A DNA stretch of 32,000 nt from Acaryochloris marina MBIC11017 (GCF_000018105.1 NC_009925.1:2070001-2102000); one strand, 5' to 3'; shown: positions 18,277-25,292, counted from the stretch's first letter. Program-made: numbers and translations. Notes: generated by a model from the sequence alone, not told the origin.

Positions 18277-18784
18277 TGACACCGAGGATTGCCGACTTTA
18301 ACCGATTGAGCATCGCAGATGGCGGCACTGGGACTTGGATGACGGTCTTCACTCACCCGCTCTTGCATGCGTAGATGCTCATTGATGTGGACCCAAGTCC
18401 CATCATCACGCCACCTTCGAAAATAGCTATAGACCGTTGACCAACAGGGAAAGTCATGAGGTAGCTGTCTCCACTGGCAACCCGTAACCACGAGATAAAA
18501 AATGGCATTGAGAACACTGCGCATATCAGTGGTGCGAGGTCTACCTCCAGGTTTAGCAGCAGGAATCAAGGGCTCAAGTAATTCCCATTGCAGGGTGGTG
18601 AGGTCGCTATCATATGCTGTAGGCATTGCTCTCTAGGTCCTGTCCAGTGTTTGTGTATTGACAGATTTAGTACCTTGAGAGCTTTACTCACTTCTCAAAC
18701 AGCCTCTAACGAACTGCGTTCAACAGGTTGCAGATCAAAGACAACGCGCATCATGGTATGTCGATTATCCTATGCAAGTGCTGG

Positions 18785-19162
18785 TTAGGCAGGAGTTTGC
18801 ATTGAGCTATATGACTGAATCAGGACTTCAGCAGGAATCCCCAGATTTTGATTTAGTTTCCGAATCATCTCTAATGTTAATGAGCGCTTTCGAGATAGTA
18901 TTTCTGACACCCTTGCTCGACTACCCAGGCAAGGTTCTAAGTCTCGACGAGATAAACCACGAGTATCCATGTAGTAGAGAATGGCTTCAATTGGATCAGG
19001 CGCTTCAATCGGGAAATGCCTTTCCTCATAAGCTTCTACTAGTGTACTGAGTATATCCAGTCGATCATATGCAGGGGTATTGGGTGGAGCATCAAACAGC
19101 ATCTCAATTTCTTTCAATGCTGCTTGATAATCAGCCTTAGTTCTAATTGGGCAAATTTCCAT
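18785..19162 (-). CDS. higA: Type II antitoxin HigA (HTH, YgjM-like)
   Basis: 125-aa ORF. The C-terminal segment GSRARVSEILSRKRSLTLEMIRKLNQNLGIPAEVL matches the HigA/YgjM pattern GSKS.VSRVLSGKRKLTLE..KL...GI. It starts 14 bp downstream of higB. Confidence 0.8.
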   Translation of the reverse strand: MEICPIRTKADYQAALKEIEMLFDAPPNTPAYDRLDILSTLVEAYEERHFPIEAPDPIEAILYYMDTRGLSRRDLEPCLGSRARVSEILSRKRSLTLEMIRKLNQNLGIPAEVLIQSYSSMQTPA

Positions 19163-19176
19163 ACCTATTCCTATCT

Positions 19177-19470
19177 TTAAACCGTTTCTGCATCTACTTT
19201 GTCGTACTCTGCATGAGTGCCAACGAATCGAATAAAAATAATGCTGATATCGTAGCGAATTGAAACAATCAGGCGATACGTATTTCCTTTGATATTGAAC
19301 ACAACACGGTTATTCGCAATGATACTGGCGTTACGATGAGCGGCTTTGATATCGGCTGGACTTTTCCAATCTGCATGTGATGCTTCGTAATACCAGTTTT
19401 TCAAGGATTCTTCAGCATCTGAGTGCTTTTCCCAAAAAGTTCGGAGGGTGCTGCGAGACAGGATACGCAT
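19177..19470 (-). CDS. higB: Type II toxin HigB (mRNA interferase, PF09907-like)
   Basis: MRILSRSTLRTFWEKHSDAEESLKNWYYEASHADWKSPADIKAAHRNASIIANNRVVFNIKGNTYRLIVSIRYDISIIFIRFVGTHAEYDKVDAETV follows the canonical HigB/YgjN pattern (...YRL...I.F....IF...VG.HAEYDK). I prefer the internal ATG at 19470 over the track start at 19512. Confidence 0.85.
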   Translation of the reverse strand: MRILSRSTLRTFWEKHSDAEESLKNWYYEASHADWKSPADIKAAHRNASIIANNRVVFNIKGNTYRLIVSIRYDISIIFIRFVGTHAEYDKVDAETV

Positions 19471-19639
19471 ACGTTTATAGTACATTGCTCCCAATATGGG
19501 AGCAAACTGCAAATGATTAAAAAGTGAGCCTTAACCTCAAGGATAACCGGGCCGGGAGTTGACGTGAACGAGCGTAGCGAGCCAGCCTGGCTGTTCCGGC
19601 TCCGGTTCATCCGTTTGTTATGTCGCCTTTCGGGTTATG

Positions 19640-19873
19640 TTACCATTCGACCAACGCATAGATGAACACAGGCTTTCTCGAACGAATTAAGGAAACAGCA
19701 TCATCGAAAGACTCGACACAATTTTGATTGTATTCGTCTGGTGATAGAGACTGAAGCACATCCCGACATTTATTGCCCACGATTATTGCAAACGGTTTTG
19801 AACATGATGACGGTCCGATATCATGCCACCCAGCCCGCAAAGCTTCTGTACCCGTCATCGGATACCCAGGCAT
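19640..19873 (-). CDS. Hypothetical small ORF, or frame-shifted C-terminal extension of the TIR gene
   Basis: This frame is open from 19987 to 19640. About 60 codons lie downstream of the TIR stop (HDIGPSSCSKPFAIIVGNKCRDVLQSLSPDEYNQNCVESFDDAVSLIRSRKPVFIYALVEW). Candidate starts are ATG 19873 and ATG 19858, both inside the TIR gene. I recognise no family. Confidence 0.3.
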   Translation of the reverse strand: MPGYPMTGTEALRAGWHDIGPSSCSKPFAIIVGNKCRDVLQSLSPDEYNQNCVESFDDAVSLIRSRKPVFIYALVEW

Positions 19874-20405
19874 AGATTGAATACCATCGGCCAAGATTGT
19901 AGCCATTGCCACGGTATTCCTCCGGAACGCCACCAGTGTGATACGAGGCGCTACCATCAATCTCCGTATAGGGCTGCCACTTACCATTTACCTTTTCATG
20001 GAGAGTTGCCGTAAGCCCACTATCGGAGTACGAGACGCCGACGTAACTGAGGGGATTGTACCCCTTGCTCTTGGTCTTTTGGTCACGACCTTTGATCGAG
20101 TTGATGTGGACAGCCAGTAGTTTGTTTCCTTGGCGGAAGCTCTTAAGTAGTTCGTATCGGACCCACGGACGTGCGTACGTTTGAGAACCGATGAGGACAC
20201 ACGTCACCGACGTATTGTTAACCGCTGCGTTGATAAGACGTTTGATCGCGACCGGGCCAGTCTTTTTCGCAAACTCCCATACAGATGCGTCAAAGAACCC
20301 AGCCGATTTGCGGTCAGGCTTCATGAGCCAGTGATTCCGAAAGACATTCGCGCGGAAGTCAATGACATCTTGGTAGTGAAAGCTAAAGAAAACGCGTTTC
20401 GCCAT
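19821..20405 (-). CDS. TIR-like domain protein (DUF1863 / Thoeris ThsB-like)
   Basis: 194-aa ORF: KRVFFSFHYQDVIDFRANVFRNHW...FFDASVWE...IKRLINAAVNNTSVTCVLIGSQTYARPWVRYELLKS...KLLAVHIN...KGYNPL...IYAWVSDDGY. This matches the DUF1863 pattern as I recall it (FiSyhy.D, W.d.S.We, ssvtvvLiG..T..r.WV.yEi), including the conserved Glu in WVRYE. Confidence 0.8.
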   Translation of the reverse strand: MAKRVFFSFHYQDVIDFRANVFRNHWLMKPDRKSAGFFDASVWEFAKKTGPVAIKRLINAAVNNTSVTCVLIGSQTYARPWVRYELLKSFRQGNKLLAVHINSIKGRDQKTKSKGYNPLSYVGVSYSDSGLTATLHEKVNGKWQPYTEIDGSASYHTGGVPEEYRGNGYNLGRWYSIYAWVSDDGYRSFAGWVA

Positions 20406-20434
20406 CCATATTCGCCTTGATGTCTAACTATAAA

Positions 20435-20492
20435 TTAGGAGGCAAATTTATTCTTAACATAAAATAAATTAACAGCTTATTTACCTCCTTAA
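20435..20492. repeat. Imperfect inverted repeat pairing an SD-like AAGGAGG with CCTCCT in the AT-rich leader of the TIR gene
   Basis: ttaggaggcaaat (20435-20447) versus atttacctccttaa (20479-20492; reverse complement ttaaggaggtaaat) shows one bulge and one mismatch. A competing inner stem is aatttatt (20445-20452) with aataaatt (20463-20470). Confidence 0.5.
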
Positions 20493-20672
20493 GCCAAGCC
20501 TTCTCTACACTAGCACCACAATATAAAGACCCAGTTTTACGGAAATTTTTCGATATGCAAAAATTATAGTTGATTGCCTAAAAAGAATATAGAAAAGGCA
20601 TTTTCGGTGTATCTGTCATACAGGAATGAAGAATGTTAATAGGCAAAATAAATAACCGTATAATTTTCAATA

Positions 20673-20885
20673 TCAGTTGTTATCAGGTACTCTATGCCAC
20701 CCCGCAAACTCCTTGTCCAAGTCCGTGATGTAATACGAACCAAGCATTACGAGTACAGTACCGAGAAAAACTATATGCAGTGGATCTGACGCTATATTCC
20801 CTTCCAAAACAAACGTCCTTCCCAAGAAATAGCCAAGCCCAAAGTTGGAGCCTTTCTTACTCTCGATACAATAGTGACAGTGCAT
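20673..20885 (-). CDS. Hypothetical 70-aa ORF; possibly a truncated remnant of a second ThsB-like gene
   Basis: MHCHYCIESKKGSNFGLGYF...LGSYYITDLDKEFAGWHRVPDNN. The end shares TTTGCGGG.TGG / FAGW with the TIR gene end. It lies only 13 bp from the divergent Uma2 start, so there is little room for a promoter. Confidence 0.25.
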   Translation of the reverse strand: MHCHYCIESKKGSNFGLGYFLGRTFVLEGNIASDPLHIVFLGTVLVMLGSYYITDLDKEFAGWHRVPDNN

Positions 20886-20898
20886 AGTCGTTCAACAT

Positions 20899-21477
20899 AT
20901 GACACTTTCACAGGCAGCCCTCACTCAACCAAATAACCATTTGTGGTCCGTTGCTAACTATCACCACATGGTCGAGGCAGGCATTTTAAGTGATTGTCAT
21001 GTAGAACTGCTCCAAGGCAAAATTGTCGATAGGACACCCGAAGGTCCACTTCACACCCATAGTGGTGAAGGCACCGCTCAGTTTCTCCGCCAACATCTTC
21101 AAGGACAGACATGGATCCGAGAGGCGCATCCGATTACCTTAAACACTTCTAAACCGGAGCCAGATCTTGCCATTGTTCGCTTACCCTGGTCCCAATATCG
21201 TCAGCGTCATCCAGACCCCAGTGAAGTGTATTGGCTGATCGAAATCTCTGACTCTAGCATAGCGATTGACTCCGGCTATAAACTCAAAATCTATACCAGT
21301 GCTGGAATCCCTGAATATTGGATTGTTAATTTACGCAAACAACAAGTCAGTGTCTATCGACAGCCTGAGTCAGAGCATTATCGTTCTGTAGAAACTTACC
21401 AAGATGGTGAGCTGACGCCCTTAGCCTTTCCAACGTTAAGGGTGTCTGTGTCGCTTTTACTCGCTCAAGAGGTCTAA
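20899..21477 (+). CDS. Uma2 family endonuclease (DUF820)
   Basis: 192-aa ORF: WSVANYHHMVEAGIL...VELLQGKIV...PEPDLAIV...WLIEISDSS...KLKIYTSAGIPEYWIVNL...VSVYR. This is the typical Uma2 / putative restriction-endonuclease fold pattern that is abundant in cyanobacteria. Confidence 0.85.
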   Translation: MTLSQAALTQPNNHLWSVANYHHMVEAGILSDCHVELLQGKIVDRTPEGPLHTHSGEGTAQFLRQHLQGQTWIREAHPITLNTSKPEPDLAIVRLPWSQYRQRHPDPSEVYWLIEISDSSIAIDSGYKLKIYTSAGIPEYWIVNLRKQQVSVYRQPESEHYRSVETYQDGELTPLAFPTLRVSVSLLLAQEV

Positions 21478-21481
21478 AGAC

Positions 21482-22105
21482 ATGGATAGCAGTCATCAGT
21501 TAGTCTCTCGACAGCGCTTCTCTTTTTTTTCCTTAGCCGTACAAGCCTATCGCCAAGGCAGGCTGGGGGACGTAGCCGCTTATAAGTCTGCAATATTAGG
21601 CACTCAAGCTTATCCAGAGATTGCGGACAAGCTCTCCAGATTAACAACCTGCTTTCCCACCATTGACTTGGCAGCCTTAAGAACCCTACCAGAAGGGACC
21701 TTTGGACAGATCTATGCCCAGCATATGGATGGGTGCCACCTAACACCATTGGACATTAGCGCAGACGTTATAGCTTCATTGCCAGACCAATCTTTGGGAC
21801 TGCGCTATACCCTGCTCCATGATGTATTTCATGTGCTGTTAGGATATGACACCAGCCTTGCCGGAGAAATGGGGGTATGGGCTTTTGTCGATGCTCAGCA
21901 CTATAGTCCTAGCTATCAGACAGCCGCCTGTCTGGCCCATTACTTATACCCTCTGGTCATTCCGCACCGATACCGACAACTACGCGCCATCGAGCAGCAC
22001 AGTCGTAAACTTGGACAGCAAGCAGCCTGCGTCATCGCTCATCCGCTTGAAGACTATTGGTCAGAACCTCTTTCTACGGTTCGTTCTCGCCTGGGGTTAG
22101 CATAA
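21482..22105 (+). CDS. Coq4-family protein
   Basis: 207-aa ORF containing HDVFHVLLGYDTSLAGE, i.e. the HDxxH-x11-E zinc-ligand motif of Coq4 (PF05019). It starts 4 bp after the Uma2 stop. Confidence 0.7.
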   Translation: MDSSHQLVSRQRFSFFSLAVQAYRQGRLGDVAAYKSAILGTQAYPEIADKLSRLTTCFPTIDLAALRTLPEGTFGQIYAQHMDGCHLTPLDISADVIASLPDQSLGLRYTLLHDVFHVLLGYDTSLAGEMGVWAFVDAQHYSPSYQTAACLAHYLYPLVIPHRYRQLRAIEQHSRKLGQQAACVIAHPLEDYWSEPLSTVRSRLGLA

Positions 22106-22189
22106 AGAATTCGACCCCAGATAAGCTGGGTCGCTTCAAGGGAGTCAGAATTCAAGACCTCAAAGTGTGGAGAACCTAACGCGCCACTA

Positions 22190-23716
22190 CTAATCCCAGG
22201 AGTCATCTGTTTTGACTGGGGCACGACCGTAGGTATCCGTGAGTTGCAGTAACCGTTCTGCGATCGCATCCGTCAATCCACCCGAACGATACCGCCAAGC
22301 CCAGTTGCCCCCTGATGTACTGGGTAAGTTCATGCGGGCCTCAGTGCCTAGCCCCAGCAGATCTTGCACAGGGATAATCACCTGATTTGCCACCGAACTG
22401 AGGGCCAGTCGAATTAAATCCCAGTGGATGCCTTCCTGGGACAAGCCGCCCATATAGCCCTCCACAAACACCCGCTCATGGTCAGGCATATCGTGAAACC
22501 AGCCCACCGTCGTGTTGTTGTCATGGGTGCCTGTGTAGACCAAACAGTTCTGCACATGGTTAAAGGGTAGGTAGGGATTACCCGAACCAGAACCAAAGGC
22601 AAAATGGAGAATCTTCATGCCCGGAAATTCAAACTTATCCCGGAGTTCCTCCACATCAGGGGTAATGATGCCCAGATCTTCCGCCAAAATCGGCAGCTTG
22701 CCCAGCTCATCTCGCAGGGCTTCGAACAGCTCATCTCCAGGAGCTACAACCCACTCGCCATTCATGGCAGTATTTTCCCCTTGCTTGACCTGCCAAAAGG
22801 CTCGGAAGCCCCGGAAGTGATCTACCCGAATCAGATCCACATAGTCCAGCATGGTGCGGAAGCGCTGAATCCACCATTTAAAGCCTTGCTTCTCCATTCG
22901 CTTCCACTGGTAGATGGGATTGCCCCAGAGCTGTCCGGTTTCACTAAAGTAATCCGGGGGCACGCCAGCCATCAGCGCGGGTTCAAGGGTTTCTGGATCG
23001 AGGAAAAACTGATCGGGATTCGACCACACATCTGAACTATTGTGGGCGACGTAGATGGGAATATCACCAATGATTTGAATGCCGTTATCGTTGGCGTACT
23101 GTTTCAGATTGGACCATTGCTGAAAAAACTGAAATTGCCAAAACTTATGCATCTCGATATCGGACTGCAGCTTTTGCTGCCACTCCGCCATAGCAGCAGG
23201 TTGGCGCTGGGCAATTTCTTGGGGCCACGTATTCCAGGCCGCCCCCCAATGGGCATCCTTGAGGGCCATAAAAAAGGCGAAATCTTCCAGCCAGGCTCTG
23301 GTTTGGCAAAATTTCTGAAACGCGAGGGCAAGCTCTGGAAAAACGCCCGCTTTGAAATTGTCATAGGCCAGCCGTAGCAGCCCCTGCTTCATGGGAATGA
23401 CCTGCTCGTAGGCGATGGTCTCCGGGCGAAAGCCCACGCCTAGCTCCAGATCTTCCTCTTGCAATAGCTCCTGCTCCTGTAGTTGCTCCAGACTAATCAA
23501 GAGGGGATTGCCCGCCATTGCGGAATAACACATGTAGGGGGAGTTACCAAACCCCGTTGGCCCTAGGGGCAGCACCTGCCATAGCTGCTGACCACTTTGG
23601 ACCATAAAATCAACGAATCGATAGGCTTCTGGCCCTAGGTCACCAACTCCAAATCGACCTGGAAACGACGTCGGATGCAGGAGAAGGCCACTAGCTCGGG
23701 GGAAGGGCATACGCAA
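22190..23716 (-). CDS. malQ: 4-alpha-glucanotransferase (amylomaltase, GH77)
   Basis: 508-aa ORF: RASGLLLHPTSFPGRFGVGDLG, NSPY, IGDIPIYV, WGNPIY, RVDHFRGF, LPILAEDLG, YTGTHDN. All are canonical MalQ motifs. Confidence 0.95.
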   Translation of the reverse strand: MRMPFPRASGLLLHPTSFPGRFGVGDLGPEAYRFVDFMVQSGQQLWQVLPLGPTGFGNSPYMCYSAMAGNPLLISLEQLQEQELLQEEDLELGVGFRPETIAYEQVIPMKQGLLRLAYDNFKAGVFPELALAFQKFCQTRAWLEDFAFFMALKDAHWGAAWNTWPQEIAQRQPAAMAEWQQKLQSDIEMHKFWQFQFFQQWSNLKQYANDNGIQIIGDIPIYVAHNSSDVWSNPDQFFLDPETLEPALMAGVPPDYFSETGQLWGNPIYQWKRMEKQGFKWWIQRFRTMLDYVDLIRVDHFRGFRAFWQVKQGENTAMNGEWVVAPGDELFEALRDELGKLPILAEDLGIITPDVEELRDKFEFPGMKILHFAFGSGSGNPYLPFNHVQNCLVYTGTHDNNTTVGWFHDMPDHERVFVEGYMGGLSQEGIHWDLIRLALSSVANQVIIPVQDLLGLGTEARMNLPSTSGGNWAWRYRSGGLTDAIAERLLQLTDTYGRAPVKTDDSWD

Positions 23717-23725
23717 GAACTCACT

Positions 23726-24832
23726 TTAGTTCGATATCAACTGTCGCACTTTTTGGGCCGTAATGGGGGCTAATAAGACACCATTACGATAATGTCCACT
23801 GGCCACCACCACATTGTCATAACCCGGGAGTCGTTCAATGATCGGGGCAGGCCGTTCATGGGGGCGAGGACGTAAGCCAGACCAGGTTCTGAGAACTTTG
23901 GCATGGGCAAGGGAAGCATCGAGTGCGATCACACGTTGATGCAGCTCCTTTAATTGAACTGGATCGGCTTCGATAGCGCCTCCCACCTCAGACGGAAATT
24001 CAACCGTCGCCCCCACCCATACCTCCGAGGCATTTAGGGGCACTATATGCGCCTGATCACCATTGACGACAGGCAACAGGTCTGCAAGGGGATACTGGCG
24101 TTGGAGATGTAGCGCTTGTCCCAAAACCGGATAAATCGGCACGGTCTGCTGGAGAGTGGTGGTCAGAGGTGTTGATCCTAATCCTGCCGACACAATCACC
24201 CAATCCACGGGATAGCTATCGGTAGATGAGCAGACATGCGTTAGCGACCGGGGATCACCTGCTTGCAAGGGTTTGAAGCCAGAGATAGTTGTATTGAAAT
24301 AAACCTCGGCCCCATTTTTCTGAGCAGCGGTTATCAAGGCTGCCGATAACGCAACAGGATCAAATTGGCGATCTTGCGGAGAATAGATGGCACCCACCGC
24401 TGGCGCTTTTGATTCCCACAGATGAGCGGTTTTTAAATGGGGATAGGTTTGAAATAGCTGGTCCTGATCCAGGATATCTAGGTGAAAGCCTTGTTGAGCC
24501 CGAACTTGCTGAGTTCTAGACCAACGGTTTAACTCATCTCCATCAAAGCACAGCCGTAAAATGCCTTGACGGTTATAGGGCAAGGATATGTGGGTGATCG
24601 CTTCCAGCTCAGGTATTAGGGTTTCGTACAGCTTTAAGCTATCTAAGCGTAACTGTAGATGTTTGCCCTTTAATTTCGGCGTAATAGCTGCCATCAGCAC
24701 CCCCAGGGCCGCACCTGTCGCCTGCCATTGATGGGGAGACCGTGCATCCCACACGGTCACCTGATGGGTCTGACTGAGTTCAAAGGCAATTGCTGCTCCC
24801 ACAACACCACAGCCAATAATGCCAATTTGCAT
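23726..24832 (-). CDS. FAD-dependent oxidoreductase (DAO family, glycine oxidase ThiO-like)
   Basis: 368-aa ORF with an N-terminal GxGxxG motif (IGIIGCGVVGAAIA) and the C-terminal pattern W.GLRP...P.I......V.ASGHYRNG.LLAP. It ends 9 bp upstream of malQ on the same strand. Confidence 0.8.
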   Translation of the reverse strand: MQIGIIGCGVVGAAIAFELSQTHQVTVWDARSPHQWQATGAALGVLMAAITPKLKGKHLQLRLDSLKLYETLIPELEAITHISLPYNRQGILRLCFDGDELNRWSRTQQVRAQQGFHLDILDQDQLFQTYPHLKTAHLWESKAPAVGAIYSPQDRQFDPVALSAALITAAQKNGAEVYFNTTISGFKPLQAGDPRSLTHVCSSTDSYPVDWVIVSAGLGSTPLTTTLQQTVPIYPVLGQALHLQRQYPLADLLPVVNGDQAHIVPLNASEVWVGATVEFPSEVGGAIEADPVQLKELHQRVIALDASLAHAKVLRTWSGLRPRPHERPAPIIERLPGYDNVVVASGHYRNGVLLAPITAQKVRQLISN

Positions 24833-25037
24833 TGCAATTTTTGTATTGAGGAACTTATGAATAGCATGATTATTAAGGAAAAATCAATAATCTGCCGTCC
24901 AAGAAATTCATAAGCATGTGCTAGGATTATGAGCGAATTAAATCAGCCGGTTGCGCAACACCTCTTAGAAAGCGCAACACAGCTGTTTCTAGTGTTTGCA
25001 CTATTAGCAACCTGTTTAATCTTTCTACAATCCATAT

Positions 25038-25271
25038 ATGACAAACACCACCATGACTCCGGCGGTTCTGCACCCAATGGGTAAACTGCAGCGCCAAGTG
25101 CAGTCGTTAGTCAATTCTCAAAAACTCAAGCCAACCGATAGCTTATGGAAAGTTGGATTGCTGTTTCCCGATAAGTGGTCTTATCTAAAAGATGAGTTAA
25201 TCGACTTTGAATTTTCGATGCAAGATCCAATTGCCAGTTTCCTAGAAGTTGAAACCTGGGAAGACGAATAA
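25038..25271 (+). CDS. Hypothetical 77-aa protein
   Basis: An ORF only, with no recognisable family. It overlaps an alternative 51-aa TM-containing ORF (24929-25084). Either or neither may be real. Confidence 0.25.
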   Translation: MTNTTMTPAVLHPMGKLQRQVQSLVNSQKLKPTDSLWKVGLLFPDKWSYLKDELIDFEFSMQDPIASFLEVETWEDE

Positions 25272-25292
25272 CAGCACAGTTTTCACTCCGCA

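Larger units (their letters stand above)
16689..18626 (-). pseudogene. IS5-family transposase split by insertion (N-terminal half 18277-18626, C-terminal half 16689-17142)
   Basis: N-terminal half: MPTAYDSDLTTLQWELLEPLIPAAKPGGRPR...TGCQWRQLP...SAAICDAQSVKVGNPRCH. C-terminal half: [25 protein letters not shown]...IWADAGYQG...PKRWIVERTFGWL. The track ORFs' extra residues (MSVSS...WNWY and ...TNSLIE) are read-through into the nested element. Confidence 0.8.
16668..18709 (-). mobile_element. IS5-family element (IS427/IS1031-like size, ~910 bp) disrupted by a nested IS630
   Basis: Perfect 20-bp terminal inverted repeats: ttagaggctgtttgagaagt at 16668-16687 and its exact reverse complement at 18690-18709. 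The transposase halves lie on either side of a 1134-bp insert. Confidence 0.75.

Noticed and set aside
19401-19610. 69-aa ORF overlapping the higB 5' region and the GC-rich spacer.
   Set aside because: It is out of frame with the well-supported higB, has no motifs, and is likely spurious.
21474-22100. ORFs 21474-21749 (minus) and 21846-22100 (plus, alternative frame) within the Coq4-like gene.
   Set aside because: These are shadow ORFs of the 207-aa Coq4-like CDS, which carries the diagnostic HDxxH-x11-E motif.
13806-22259. An 8.4-kb stretch without HIP1 covering the accessory island, considered as evidence of foreign origin.
   Set aside because: A comparable HIP1-free gap (22268-29539) spans clearly native core genes, and the stretch also includes gnd. 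The gap is therefore not informative.
24929-25084. 51-aa ORF (MSELNQPVAQHLLESATQLFLVFALLATCLIFLQSIYDKHHHDSGGSAPNG) with one TM, overlapping the 77-aa ORF.
   Set aside because: There is no way to discriminate it from the overlapping 77-aa ORF using sequence alone, and I recognised no family. It is left as a note rather than a feature.
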